Shown: piece by piece, positions 9,482-17,392 of the stretch | How positions within the stretch are numbered: the stretch's first letter is position 1 | Layout: each line of letters begins with the position of its first letter | Virus record (IMG/VR): IMGVR_UViG_3300029179_000022 | Location: 1-29,934 of that record | DNA length: 29,934 nucleotides | Strand: one strand, 5' to 3' | Source: a virus | Lineage: Duplodnaviria > Caudoviricetes | Notes under the pieces: model-generated | Told to the model about the DNA's origin: nothing | What the model saw: the letters and a program-made list of their open reading frames with translations, nothing else | Database searches by the model: none | Translations under genes and position numbers: made by a program

Positions 9482-10747
9482 ATGCCTAGTAAGTTAGGAA
9501 GAGGATTAGAGGCGATTGGGCAAACTTTAACTAATACTTCTAGTTTAATTTTACAAGCAGATCAATTAAAGCAAGAGGCTGCAAATAAAAAACAACAAAG
9601 CGAAATATTAAAACAGCAAGTAGAAGCATCTAATTTAAACGCAGGACTAGGTATGCTGGACAGAATTACTTCTCTTGCTGACAAAGACAAAGCATTTGCA
9701 GATAAGTACGCGTATCTTCCGAAAGTAAAAAGTACTATTTCTAGGGGTTTTGGTGGAGATCAGGGGCTGAATGATGATCAATACGATTCTCTTATAGGGA
9801 TTGCCAAAACAGCTACAGGAGCTACAAATCTAGGGATAGTTACTAAGCTTGCTAGACAATTAACTGATGGCACTTTTAACCCTGAAGATCAGACGCCTGA
9901 AAACTTACAGTTTATAAACTCTATTAAGAATAAAGATTTCGATACGGCATTGAGTTTAGTTGGGGCCTTGACAGACGTTAAGAAGGCGGCTGCCTTGCCA
10001 CCTACTGCTATTCAAACATCACAAGAAATTGTGAATGACATCGACAAACTTTCTTCTGAATTTAAAACTAAAGATCCAACATTATCTAATGAAGCATCTT
10101 TTACAAAGGCTTTACTTCAAAGAAAAATAACAAGAAACCAGTATAATCAGTTAAGAAAAAATCTATCGCAAGCAACTGGGATAGATCCATTCAGTAATGT
10201 TACCGATGAAAAACAAACTTCAGTACAAAATACTAAAGATACCGAAATATATAACCCCGATGCGTTTAAGGAAGAAACGGAATTGAGGAAAGAGTTTGAA
10301 GCAAACAAGAATGTTAAAGACTTTGACGAAGTAAATTTTAGTTTTAACTCACTTGAAAAAGTGGCAAGTCAAAGGACAAGAGCAGCGGATATCTCTATTC
10401 TTTACAACTACATGAAAATAGTCGACCCAGGGGCAAGAGTAACTGAAGGGGACTCTGCCAATGTTAAAGAAATCCCAAATGTTCCTACAAGAATAGTGGG
10501 GCTTTATAATTCCGTAGTAACTGGAAAGGCAGCACTTGATGACAAAACTAGGAAAGAGATCATCGATGCAGCTAGGGCAAATTACTCAACCAAATTAAAT
10601 TCATTTGAAGCTTTTGAGAATCGTTATAAACAGATCGCCTCTAAAAGAGGGTTAAATTACGAGAATGTAATAGTTAATAGGCCAAGAGTTAAAATAAAAT
10701 CAGAAAATAAATCTGGTTCAGTTTTTGATGATTTGCTACCTAAGTAG
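9482..10747 (+). CDS. Internal virion / DNA ejection protein 2
   Basis: Helical, 421 aa, with a C-terminal DISILYNYMKIVDPGARVTEGD motif that recurs in phage ejection proteins; position in the module. Confidence 0.65.
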   Translation: MPSKLGRGLEAIGQTLTNTSSLILQADQLKQEAANKKQQSEILKQQVEASNLNAGLGMLDRITSLADKDKAFADKYAYLPKVKSTISRGFGGDQGLNDDQYDSLIGIAKTATGATNLGIVTKLARQLTDGTFNPEDQTPENLQFINSIKNKDFDTALSLVGALTDVKKAAALPPTAIQTSQEIVNDIDKLSSEFKTKDPTLSNEASFTKALLQRKITRNQYNQLRKNLSQATGIDPFSNVTDEKQTSVQNTKDTEIYNPDAFKEETELRKEFEANKNVKDFDEVNFSFNSLEKVASQRTRAADISILYNYMKIVDPGARVTEGDSANVKEIPNVPTRIVGLYNSVVTGKAALDDKTRKEIIDAARANYSTKLNSFEAFENRYKQIASKRGLNYENVIVNRPRVKIKSENKSGSVFDDLLPK

Positions 10748-10757
10748 GGATAAATAA

Positions 10758-13067
10758 ATGGCAGATAGACAAACAGCTTTGGCAGTAATAGATAAATTAA
10801 AAGAAAGTGGAATATCTGATGAACAGATAAGAGAGCGTTTATCTCCATTAAATGAAGATCAAAGAAATCAGGAGTATGACAAGCTTGCTTTGAAATTCGG
10901 CATAGTACAAGAATCTTTTAAACCAGAGATAACTGATCTTGATACAGGTCGAGAACTAGTTAAGAAAAAAAATATTGGCAGCATTGGTGCCTTTGCTCGT
11001 GGTTTTACCGACGAAGCTACACTAGGGCAAGGTGCTGAAATAGTTGGTGCAGTTAGAGGTGGGATCAATGCTTTAAAAACTGGTGAATCTTTAGAAGTGC
11101 CAAAGGCTATTAAGCAAGAGGAACAAATACAATCTGCTTTAGAAGAAGATCGCCCTATATCTTCATTTTTAGGAAAAGCAACTGGCTTTGCTGCTGGCAT
11201 TGGTGGACAAGCAGTTAAACAGGCATCTAATTTTGCGTTAAAAGTCATCCCTAAAATAACAGGTGAAGGAGCTAAAAGATTATATTCTAGGTTAGCCATA
11301 GAGGGGGCTGCTGCAATTGGTTCAGTTGGTGGAGCAAAAGAATTACTTGAGACTGGTGATATAAAAAAAACAGGAAAGGCAGCCATTGAGAATGCCGTTG
11401 CTGGCGCTGTTGGTAATGTAGCCGCACCACTAGCCATCAAGGGGGCTACTAAAGTAGTTCATTCTGTAATTCCAGATGACATTGTTTTCCAGTTAAAAAA
11501 TGCCCCATTAGTTTCAAAGCTAAAGGGAAAAACACAAGAGGTATATTCCGCAGCAGAAAAGAAAATAGCACCTGCAGTAAATTCTGCTATTGATAAATAT
11601 AATTTAACAATTAAAGAAACATCTAAGAAGCTTTTGAATAATTTAAAACTACTTTCTTCTGACAATCAAAATTTAAAATTATCAGCAGCAAAAAACATAT
11701 CGGAAGGATTAGAAAAAGCCGGCGATGATTTAACTAAAACTTTTAATGACAGTATTAAGGTTGTTTTAGATGATGCAAAAGCAAATAATGTGGTTGTAAA
11801 TCTTACAGATACTAGGAATAAAGTTGTAAGGTTTTTGCTTGATAATGGCGGTCTTGATAGAAAAGGGCAAAAGTTAACAGGTAGTTTATTTGTTCAAGAA
11901 AAGCCGAGACTTGCAGCGACATTATATGATTTATATGACCGACTTGGTGGCGGATTAGTATTCAAACGTGGCGAAGATTTTAACGTCAATCTTAATTTAA
12001 GAGATGCTCTTTTTTTAAAGAGAGACTTAGGAAGGCGTGCTAATTTTTCAAGAAATGTTACTGCTGAAAATGCTTATTTAAGAGAGCTATATACTCCTGT
12101 TAGGCAGGCATTAGAAAATGCCGACGAGAGGTTGATACCAATCAATCAATCTTTTGTATCAGCTAAAACTAATATTGATAATTTTAAATCATTAGTTGGA
12201 AGAAACGATTTAAAATTTGAATCGATTATCAATTCATTTGCTGGTGAAAATAAACAAAAGGCACTGGAAACATTTAGAGCATTCAAAGGCCAATTAAATG
12301 AATCAGTTGATAGTGCAATTAATCAAACAGAATCTTTTATTAAACAAAAGGCAAAAATAAAAGATATCGGTAAGTTTATAAACAAGCCTAAATTTGATGA
12401 TGTTGATTACGTTTCCAAGATGATCGAGTTTGCACCTGAGTTAATTGAGGACATTCAATCAGCAAAGACCGCTGTAGAAATGACTAAGAAAACAAAGCAA
12501 GTATTTGGTAACACAGTTAAACCATCTACAGTAGAAAGGTTGTTTCGATCTCTCGATCAGAAAAAAGCAAGTGGACAATTAAATCTTTCTACAGCATTTG
12601 AATCTTTAGTCAGTGAAATGCCCGGTGGGCAAGAGGCGCTTGCATTATCTAATGCAGCTAGAACAGTTGACAGAATTTTTTTATCATCTGAAAGAGCAAT
12701 AAATAGATATTTACAAGTCGTCAAAACTGAATCTTTAGGACAATTAATTGGCACAGGGTATAAAACATTGCTAGGGGACTTAATTGATGGGGGTTACAGG
12801 GCGATTTCTGTTCCTGGAGGGTTAATTGATAGTGTTATACAAGCTGCGCCAAATTCAATTAAATCATTTGCTGAAAAGAATGGATCTAAAAAAGCTTTTG
12901 ATGTTTTTATTAAAACTGCATTAGGTAAAAAGATAGTTAAGAAAGTTGCAGAAGATAGAGAGCTTGAAAAGCTATTTAACGACGAGAAAGATTTAGAAAA
13001 AACAGGGGCAATAAATATTCAAGTAAATGACTTGGTAGATAATTCAATTGCACAGTCGATAAGGTAA
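10758..13067 (+). CDS. Large internal virion / DNA transfer protein 3
   Basis: 769 aa. ARGFTDEATLGQGAEIVGAV and Ala/Gly-rich membrane-inserting segments; last gene before the lysis module. Confidence 0.7.
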   Translation: MADRQTALAVIDKLKESGISDEQIRERLSPLNEDQRNQEYDKLALKFGIVQESFKPEITDLDTGRELVKKKNIGSIGAFARGFTDEATLGQGAEIVGAVRGGINALKTGESLEVPKAIKQEEQIQSALEEDRPISSFLGKATGFAAGIGGQAVKQASNFALKVIPKITGEGAKRLYSRLAIEGAAAIGSVGGAKELLETGDIKKTGKAAIENAVAGAVGNVAAPLAIKGATKVVHSVIPDDIVFQLKNAPLVSKLKGKTQEVYSAAEKKIAPAVNSAIDKYNLTIKETSKKLLNNLKLLSSDNQNLKLSAAKNISEGLEKAGDDLTKTFNDSIKVVLDDAKANNVVVNLTDTRNKVVRFLLDNGGLDRKGQKLTGSLFVQEKPRLAATLYDLYDRLGGGLVFKRGEDFNVNLNLRDALFLKRDLGRRANFSRNVTAENAYLRELYTPVRQALENADERLIPINQSFVSAKTNIDNFKSLVGRNDLKFESIINSFAGENKQKALETFRAFKGQLNESVDSAINQTESFIKQKAKIKDIGKFINKPKFDDVDYVSKMIEFAPELIEDIQSAKTAVEMTKKTKQVFGNTVKPSTVERLFRSLDQKKASGQLNLSTAFESLVSEMPGGQEALALSNAARTVDRIFLSSERAINRYLQVVKTESLGQLIGTGYKTLLGDLIDGGYRAISVPGGLIDSVIQAAPNSIKSFAEKNGSKKAFDVFIKTALGKKIVKKVAEDRELEKLFNDEKDLEKTGAINIQVNDLVDNSIAQSIR

Positions 13068-13078
13068 GGGGTTAAGAT

Positions 13079-13360
13079 GTGGTCAAAGGTGAAAATAGAA
13101 TACAAGAATTTAGGCACACCAGAATCCGTGACTATGCGTGGATATTTTCCATATTGGGTCCTTGCCTCATGGGTATTGGTCTCGTTGGTAAGCATTATAT
13201 TGATGGTTACCGACTGGATCAACTGGAAACAAGAGTCAAATCTCTTACAGAACTCGTCAGAAATATTGAACTCAAGCAAGAGCGAACAGACGCCACTATC
13301 GAGAGTTTTTACTCTAGACCCGATAATTTTGCACGCAACAGAGAAAGGAGGCAAAGATGA
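13079..13360 (+). CDS. Single-TM, coiled-coil membrane protein (holin/antiholin-like)
   Basis: GTG start; TM AWIFSILGPCLMGIGLVG, then a coiled coil LETRVKSLTELVRNIELKQER. Its stop forms an ATGA overlap with an SD-led mini-ORF. Confidence 0.55.
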   Translation: MVKGENRIQEFRHTRIRDYAWIFSILGPCLMGIGLVGKHYIDGYRLDQLETRVKSLTELVRNIELKQERTDATIESFYSRPDNFARNRERRQR

Positions 13361-13395
13361 AAAAGAAAAAGAAGCCAAAAAAAATGGGGTACTAA
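13357..13395 (+). CDS. 12-aa basic mini-peptide MKKKKKPKKMGY
   Basis: Strong SD AAGGAGG, ATGA overlap with the upstream stop, and a TAA immediately followed by the endolysin ATG. Confidence 0.5.
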   Translation: MKKKKKPKKMGY

Positions 13396-13854
13396 ATGAA
13401 CGCTAAGGACTGGGCGCAAGTTAAGTACTTTAAAGAGACAGAAAATTGGGGCAGCAGTGATAAGATGTTGCCCTTTTTAATTTATGAGTTAGACGCCTAT
13501 CGTGAACGCATTGGTATACCTATATTAGTAACTTCTGGCTGGAGACAAACATCAAAATTTGACAACTCTCAACACCCACTAGGTAGGGCTGTAGATATAA
13601 TGTTTCCCACAGCAAAACTAGGCGACTTATTAGACCTTTGTTTTGAGGCAATGCGTTTTGATTTTACTGGAATTGGGTTATATAATTACTGGCAATTGAA
13701 TGGTAAAACACTAGGCGGGTTGCATTTAGATTGCAGAAATGCAACTGACAGATCTTTTTGGATATCATACGGAGCTGAGAAAGATCAGTATTTAAAGTTT
13801 ACAGTCGACAATTTAATTAAATATGGCTTTATACCAAAGCCATTAATAGAGTAG
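13396..13854 (+). CDS. Endolysin, peptidase M15A family (Zn-dependent peptidase)
   Basis: TSGWR, SQHPLGRAVD (H-x6-D), GIGLY and LHLD motifs; located in the lysis cluster. Confidence 0.88.
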   Translation: MNAKDWAQVKYFKETENWGSSDKMLPFLIYELDAYRERIGIPILVTSGWRQTSKFDNSQHPLGRAVDIMFPTAKLGDLLDLCFEAMRFDFTGIGLYNYWQLNGKTLGGLHLDCRNATDRSFWISYGAEKDQYLKFTVDNLIKYGFIPKPLIE

Positions 13855-13862
13855 GAGCGATT

Positions 13863-14048
13863 ATGTTAACAGCGTTGAAAGATTTATTTAAAAGCAAGAA
13901 GTTTTTATTAACTCTTGCAGGCAGTGTTGTCGTAACAATAATGGCACAATTACAAATATCACCAGATATTATAACAACCGTAGCTTCATTATTTGGTGTA
14001 AACATTGCTGGCCAAGGGCTTGCAGACTTCGGTAAGAATAAACAGTAA
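13863..14048 (+). CDS. Holin
   Basis: 61 aa; KSKKFLLTLAG start, two hydrophobic helices and a GQGLADFGK end; SD AGGAG; follows the endolysin. Confidence 0.75.
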   Translation: MLTALKDLFKSKKFLLTLAGSVVVTIMAQLQISPDIITTVASLFGVNIAGQGLADFGKNKQ

Positions 14049-14209
14049 TGGGAGAGGCTACTTATAAAAGCTACTTAGACTTTTTAATAAGTAACTTTTA
14101 CTATCAAGAATATAAGCATATACTTGATATGAATGAATCTCATTATAACAAGAATCAAATGCTTACTCAGTTATTAATAGATAACGGGTATATTGATTTA
14201 CTGTTATGA
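14048..14209 (+). CDS. Hypothetical protein (53 aa), not in the ORF track
   Basis: MGEATYKSYLDFLISNFYYQEYKHILDMNESHYNKNQMLTQLLIDNGYIDLLL. TAATG overlap upstream and ATGA overlap downstream. Confidence 0.6.
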   Translation: MGEATYKSYLDFLISNFYYQEYKHILDMNESHYNKNQMLTQLLIDNGYIDLLL

Positions 14210-14457
14210 TTACTTTTTTGACAGCGGTGGTGGGTCTACTCACCATAATCCTCACCATCTGGTTAAAAAAAGACAAATCACCGCGTCAAAAATATCTTGA
14301 TAAAATAAATGAGGAATTTGAAAAGAGAAAGAAGGAACGGGATGCGCTTAAAAATTTATCTTCTCTTGATTCTAACAGGCTTGACCGCATTAATAGCCTC
14401 GTGCGTAAAGCGAGAATTGATCTTGCTGCCAGAGTCAAGGGAGATAAAAAAGACTGA
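14206..14457 (+). CDS. i-spanin (Rz-like)
   Basis: N-terminal TM helix followed by a charged coiled coil; overlapped by a lipoprotein ORF in the +1 frame. Confidence 0.7.
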   Translation: MITFLTAVVGLLTIILTIWLKKDKSPRQKYLDKINEEFEKRKKERDALKNLSSLDSNRLDRINSLVRKARIDLAARVKGDKKD

Positions 14458-14548
14458 TGCTCTACCAGGTTATATGTGTTTAACTGAGAGCTACTATGAT
14501 GAGATTCAAAAGACTTTAATTATCTGCGAGGAGCTTTTGAAGGAGTAA
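14342..14548 (+). CDS. o-spanin (Rz1-like lipoprotein)
   Basis: Start revised to ATG 14342 (GAAGGA upstream). Signal and lipobox MRLKIYLLLILTGLTALIAS-C; Pro and Cys in the mature part; overlaps the i-spanin. Confidence 0.72.
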   Translation: MRLKIYLLLILTGLTALIASCVKRELILLPESREIKKTDALPGYMCLTESYYDEIQKTLIICEELLKE

Positions 14549-14729
14549 GGCCATAGGCAGCTAATCCTTTGCAGCCACATTTCCCTTTAACTTTAATTAT
14601 TTTAAGTATTTCTACCATTTTTAACTGAGGTTGTTTTAGGCAATCTTCACATAAAAACATTACTTCTTTGCTAAAGCTATTTTTCATTTCCCAGCCTTGT
14701 AGGTCTTGGTTGCAGTAATCACAGATCAT
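14520..14729 (-). CDS. Small Zn-finger protein (69 aa)
   Basis: Start revised to MICDYC (SD AGGAGG, ATGA overlap with the upstream mini-ORF); CDYC and CEDC pairs. Confidence 0.65.
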   Translation of the reverse strand: MICDYCNQDLQGWEMKNSFSKEVMFLCEDCLKQPQLKMVEILKIIKVKGKCGCKGLAAYGLTPSKAPRR

Positions 14730-14815
14730 TGCAGACTTCCTCCTATCAATATCGCCAATAGCCCACCTAATACCCACTCTGACTTTTTTGTCATGCATCG
14801 ATCGCAATTTCTCAT
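14726..14815 (-). CDS. 29-aa CxxC plus TM peptide MRNCDRCMTKKSEWVLGGLLAILIGGSLQ
   Basis: ATGA-coupled to the next gene. Its TM segment is paralogous to the C-terminus of 26744-27013, with mostly synonymous differences. Confidence 0.5.
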   Translation of the reverse strand: MRNCDRCMTKKSEWVLGGLLAILIGGSLQ

Positions 14816-14851
14816 AGGCACCCCATTGGGGTATAGCAGATATGGCTGATA

Positions 14852-15007
14852 TTAATATAAATTTTTGTTTAACATTTCCTCTAGGGCCTTTCTAATTAAA
14901 AAAGCCATAGGCGCACCAGTGCGCTTACTTAATTCTTTAAGCCCTTTGAGAATCTCTTCTGTGAGATAAACCGTGGTGATAATTTTCTTTCTGTAAACTT
15001 TTGTCAC
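14852..15007 (-). CDS. Ribbon-helix-helix DNA-binding protein (CopG/Arc/MetJ superfamily), not in the ORF track
   Basis: GTG start; MTKVYRKKIITTVYLTEEILKGLKELSKRTGAPMAFLIRKALEEMLNKNLY shows the strand (TTVYL), helix, G-turn, helix (LIRKALEEML) pattern. Confidence 0.82.
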   Translation of the reverse strand: MTKVYRKKIITTVYLTEEILKGLKELSKRTGAPMAFLIRKALEEMLNKNLY

Positions 15008-15032
15008 GGGGGTATATTACACTGTTTTTGAT

Positions 15033-15078
15033 AAAAAAAAAGAGCGCTGGAGGGTTAGTCTGCGCTCTCTTTTCTTTT
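15033..15078. terminator. Hairpin with flanking A and T runs between the divergent genes (bidirectional terminator or insulator)
   Basis: AGAGCGC (15041-15047) pairs with GCGCTCT (15062-15068); A run upstream and T-rich run downstream. Confidence 0.5.
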
Positions 15079-15147
15079 GACAAAAAATTAAATTGACAAA
15101 AACTATTTTGTTTAACAAGGTTTAACTAACTTTTAACAAGAGGGGTT
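15077..15147 (+). promoter_or_regulatory. Putative initiator promoter/operator region
   Basis: TTGACAAAAA occurs twice (15077, 15093) and TTTAACAAG twice; SD GAGGGGT. No clean -10 element identified. Confidence 0.45.
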
Positions 15148-15151
15148 AATT

Positions 15152-15967
15152 ATGGCAGGATTTGTAAAGCTTTTCTCATCAATTTTGGAATCAACAATTT
15201 GGCGAGAATCGGACAATGTCAGGCTCGTATGGATAACAATGCTTGCTCTTGCTGATAAGCGCGGGGAAGTATCTGCATCAATTCCAGGATTAGCAGACAG
15301 GGCAAGAGTTAGTATAGAGGATTGCAAGGAGGCGATTAAAATACTTTCAAGCCCTGATGAGTATTCGAGAACTAAAGACAATGATGGGAAAAGAATAGAA
15401 GAAATCGAGGGCGGATGGCAGCTTTTAAATTATTCTAAGTATAGGAAAAAGCTAAGTGAAGATGAGCGTAGAGAGTATTTTAAAAACTATATGAGAGAGA
15501 AGAGGTCTGTTAAATCCGAGTCAACAAAGTTAACAAATGTTAAACAATGTCACACAATAGCAGAAGCAGAAGCAGAAGCAGAAGACAAGATAGTATGTAA
15601 TTCTTATAGTCCTAGCTATAGGACTAAAGCAGATAATAAATACACTAGTAAGGTCAACAAAGTTGACCGACTTTCTGTTTACTCAAATAATTTTGAAAAA
15701 TTCTGGAATGCATACCCAAACAAGAAGGGGAAGGCGGCGGCATTTAAGGTTTTTGAAAAAAAGAAAATTTCAGAGAAACTTTTAAATTCTATATTGGAAG
15801 CCATACAATCACAAAAAAATTGGGAAGAATGGACAAAAGAAGCCGGTCAATACATACCACATCCAGCAACATGGCTTAATCAGGAACGGTGGCTCGACGA
15901 AAAAACTGAGAGAGAAAAATATTCCTATGCATCTAACTTAATTGAAAAGTATGGAGAAAAGAAATGA
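15152..15967 (+). CDS. Phage replication initiator / replisome organizer (lambda O-like architecture)
   Basis: N-terminal wHTH (FVKLFSSILESTIW...), low-complexity linker with AEAEAEAE, and C-terminal FEKFWNAYPNKKGK...IPHPATWLNQERW domain. Confidence 0.88.
   Translation: MAGFVKLFSSILESTIWRESDNVRLVWITMLALADKRGEVSASIPGLADRARVSIEDCKEAIKILSSPDEYSRTKDNDGKRIEEIEGGWQLLNYSKYRKKLSEDERREYFKNYMREKRSVKSESTKLTNVKQCHTIAEAEAEAEDKIVCNSYSPSYRTKADNKYTSKVNKVDRLSVYSNNFEKFWNAYPNKKGKAAAFKVFEKKKISEKLLNSILEAIQSQKNWEEWTKEAGQYIPHPATWLNQERWLDEKTEREKYSYASNLIEKYGEKK
15520..15668. repeat. Iteron-like repeats and palindromes in the initiator linker (putative origin)
   Basis: Tandem GTCAACAAA-GTTAACAAA-TGTTAAACAA-TGTCACACAA; (GCAGAA)4; inverted repeats TAGTCCTA-4-TAGGACTA (15607-15626) and GGTCAAC-3-GTTGACC (15652-15668). 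Confidence 0.6.
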
Positions 15968-16524
15968 ATATAAACGATTTTTTAAAAGCAACAGAGATAA
16001 TGGCTAAGGGTCTTCCTACACCGAATGTTGCCGATAGATTAGAAGTGCTTTATATGAGTTTTGGTGAGCATCCTATCCAGCTAATCGAAGAAACGGCAAA
16101 GGAGTGCGCAAACACACTCGATCGGTTTCCTGTGCCCGCTAAATTTCAAGAGATTATGCACAAAGTTAAAAAACGCATGCCACGAGAGTTGTTTTTAGAC
16201 TACAAAAAGCCTTGTTCTATCTGCAAAGGGGAAGGAAGGATCTCAATAGAGGCGCATAATCCAGTTTTAAGGCCAGAAGAAAAGGGGGTTGTGGTTTACT
16301 GTTATGCCTGCCGATGCGAAAACGGCATTCGATTTAGAGGAAACCATCCGCTTTATCCAAAAACAATACCAGACCCCGATAATTTGTATCAAGAATTAGC
16401 CAGAAATCCACAAAAGTTTTTTAAGGGCCTGAATTACTTGAGGAAGTTTAAGATAAAGATACCCCAATCAGCTGTTGATAAAATTCAAAAAGCAGTTAAG
16501 GATGCAGAGGAAGTTCCATTTTGA
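15964..16524 (+). CDS. Putative helicase loader/inhibitor-like replication protein with Zn finger
   Basis: ATGA-coupled to the initiator; RFPVPAKF motif as in G39P-like domains; CSICKGEG...ACRCENG; acidic EEVPF end. Confidence 0.6.
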   Translation: MNINDFLKATEIMAKGLPTPNVADRLEVLYMSFGEHPIQLIEETAKECANTLDRFPVPAKFQEIMHKVKKRMPRELFLDYKKPCSICKGEGRISIEAHNPVLRPEEKGVVVYCYACRCENGIRFRGNHPLYPKTIPDPDNLYQELARNPQKFFKGLNYLRKFKIKIPQSAVDKIQKAVKDAEEVPF

Positions 16525-16752
16525 GTCTCGGGATGCCATTAAAGTATAGCAAATTCATGCATAATAGGGCATAGGCGCTGAGATCATGTTTTTGTTGGCA
16601 GCAACTACCTTTAAGGCATCTAAAAAGACTCTAATGGCATTTTAAGGCCAAAAGGCGCACATGCGTCAAAAATTCAATAAATAAAACATATTAGTATAAT
16701 ACATTAATATGCTTCAAATAAATAAAAAACATTAAATAATAAAAAATAAGTA

Positions 16753-16781
16753 TTGACAAAATTAAAAAAACAAAAGATAAT
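16753..16781 (+). promoter_or_regulatory. Sigma70-type promoter
   Basis: TTGACA-17 bp-GATAAT with an AT-rich UP-like region; SD AAGGAG before ATG 16824. Confidence 0.8.
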
Positions 16782-16823
16782 TTAAAAATAGAAAGAAACA
16801 AAAAATTAATAAAAGGAGAAAAA

Positions 16824-17099
16824 ATGAAATATCAAGAAATAAAATCAATAGCAAATTCGAGTAGAGCCGGTTTTTACGAAGAGCTTAACAGCAACAACGG
16901 AGTCGACGTAAATCGCTATCTAGAGCTGGAGGAATTTTTTAAAGGCGTAAAAATGAGTCACAGAAAGTTGTCCATAGCGGAAGACAATTTTAACGAGTGT
17001 AAAAAAAACATGAGAGGTTTTTGTTTAAGTTGCGGCACTTACAAAGATTTGGTTGAAGGAGATGTTTTTTGTATATCTTGCGATTTAGAAAAAAAATAA
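16824..17099 (+). CDS. Hypothetical protein with C-terminal Zn ribbon
   Basis: CLSCG...CISC; strong SD. Confidence 0.7.
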   Translation: MKYQEIKSIANSSRAGFYEELNSNNGVDVNRYLELEEFFKGVKMSHRKLSIAEDNFNECKKNMRGFCLSCGTYKDLVEGDVFCISCDLEKK

Positions 17100-17118
17100 A
17101 GTAAAACAAGAGGTGATT

Positions 17119-17277
17119 ATGAACAGACGCACAAAAGTACAAGTTTATGAGTTTTTCGGTAAAATACCAAGCGTTTGGGAGGTAGCTGTAGTCGCTGGTT
17201 TGGGGATCGCGGTTATAGGTTTGTTGGGGGCGATAGCTTTGGGACTGAACTTGGTTTTAGGAATTTTTATTCGATAG
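17119..17277 (+). CDS. Small membrane protein (52 aa), not in the ORF track
   Basis: SD GAGGTG; MNRRTKVQVYEFFGKIPSVWEVAVVAGLGIAVIGLLGAIALGLNLVLGIFIR. Confidence 0.65.
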   Translation: MNRRTKVQVYEFFGKIPSVWEVAVVAGLGIAVIGLLGAIALGLNLVLGIFIR

Positions 17278-17392
17278 GAGGTAACAGCGAGCGCCTATTT
17301 AGACTGGCTAAAATTAACTAGACTAGAAGCTAAGATTTTGGAACCAAAAAAAACTTGCAAATAAATTAGAAACAAATTAAAAGTAAAAACAT

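Noticed and set aside
10868-11440. 190-aa minus-strand ORF and the other antisense ORFs in the track (e.g. 267-482, 2293-2529, 19689-20033, 24495-24782)
   Set aside because: Shadows of well-supported + strand genes, with no SD or recognisable motif.
14730-14807. N-terminal extension of the minus-strand Zn-finger ORF as given in the track
   Set aside because: A strong SD and an ATGA overlap point to ATG 14729; this stretch is better explained by the 29-aa ORF in another frame.
15560-15583. (GCAGAA)4 as a contingency microsatellite
   Set aside because: Encodes the AEAEAE linker commonly seen in this initiator family; in frame and ordinary.
14551-16577. Recurring CATAGGC heptamer (about 14552, 14813, 14906, 16570)
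   Set aside because: Short, mostly inside coding sequence and inconsistently placed; cannot be distinguished from chance by eye.
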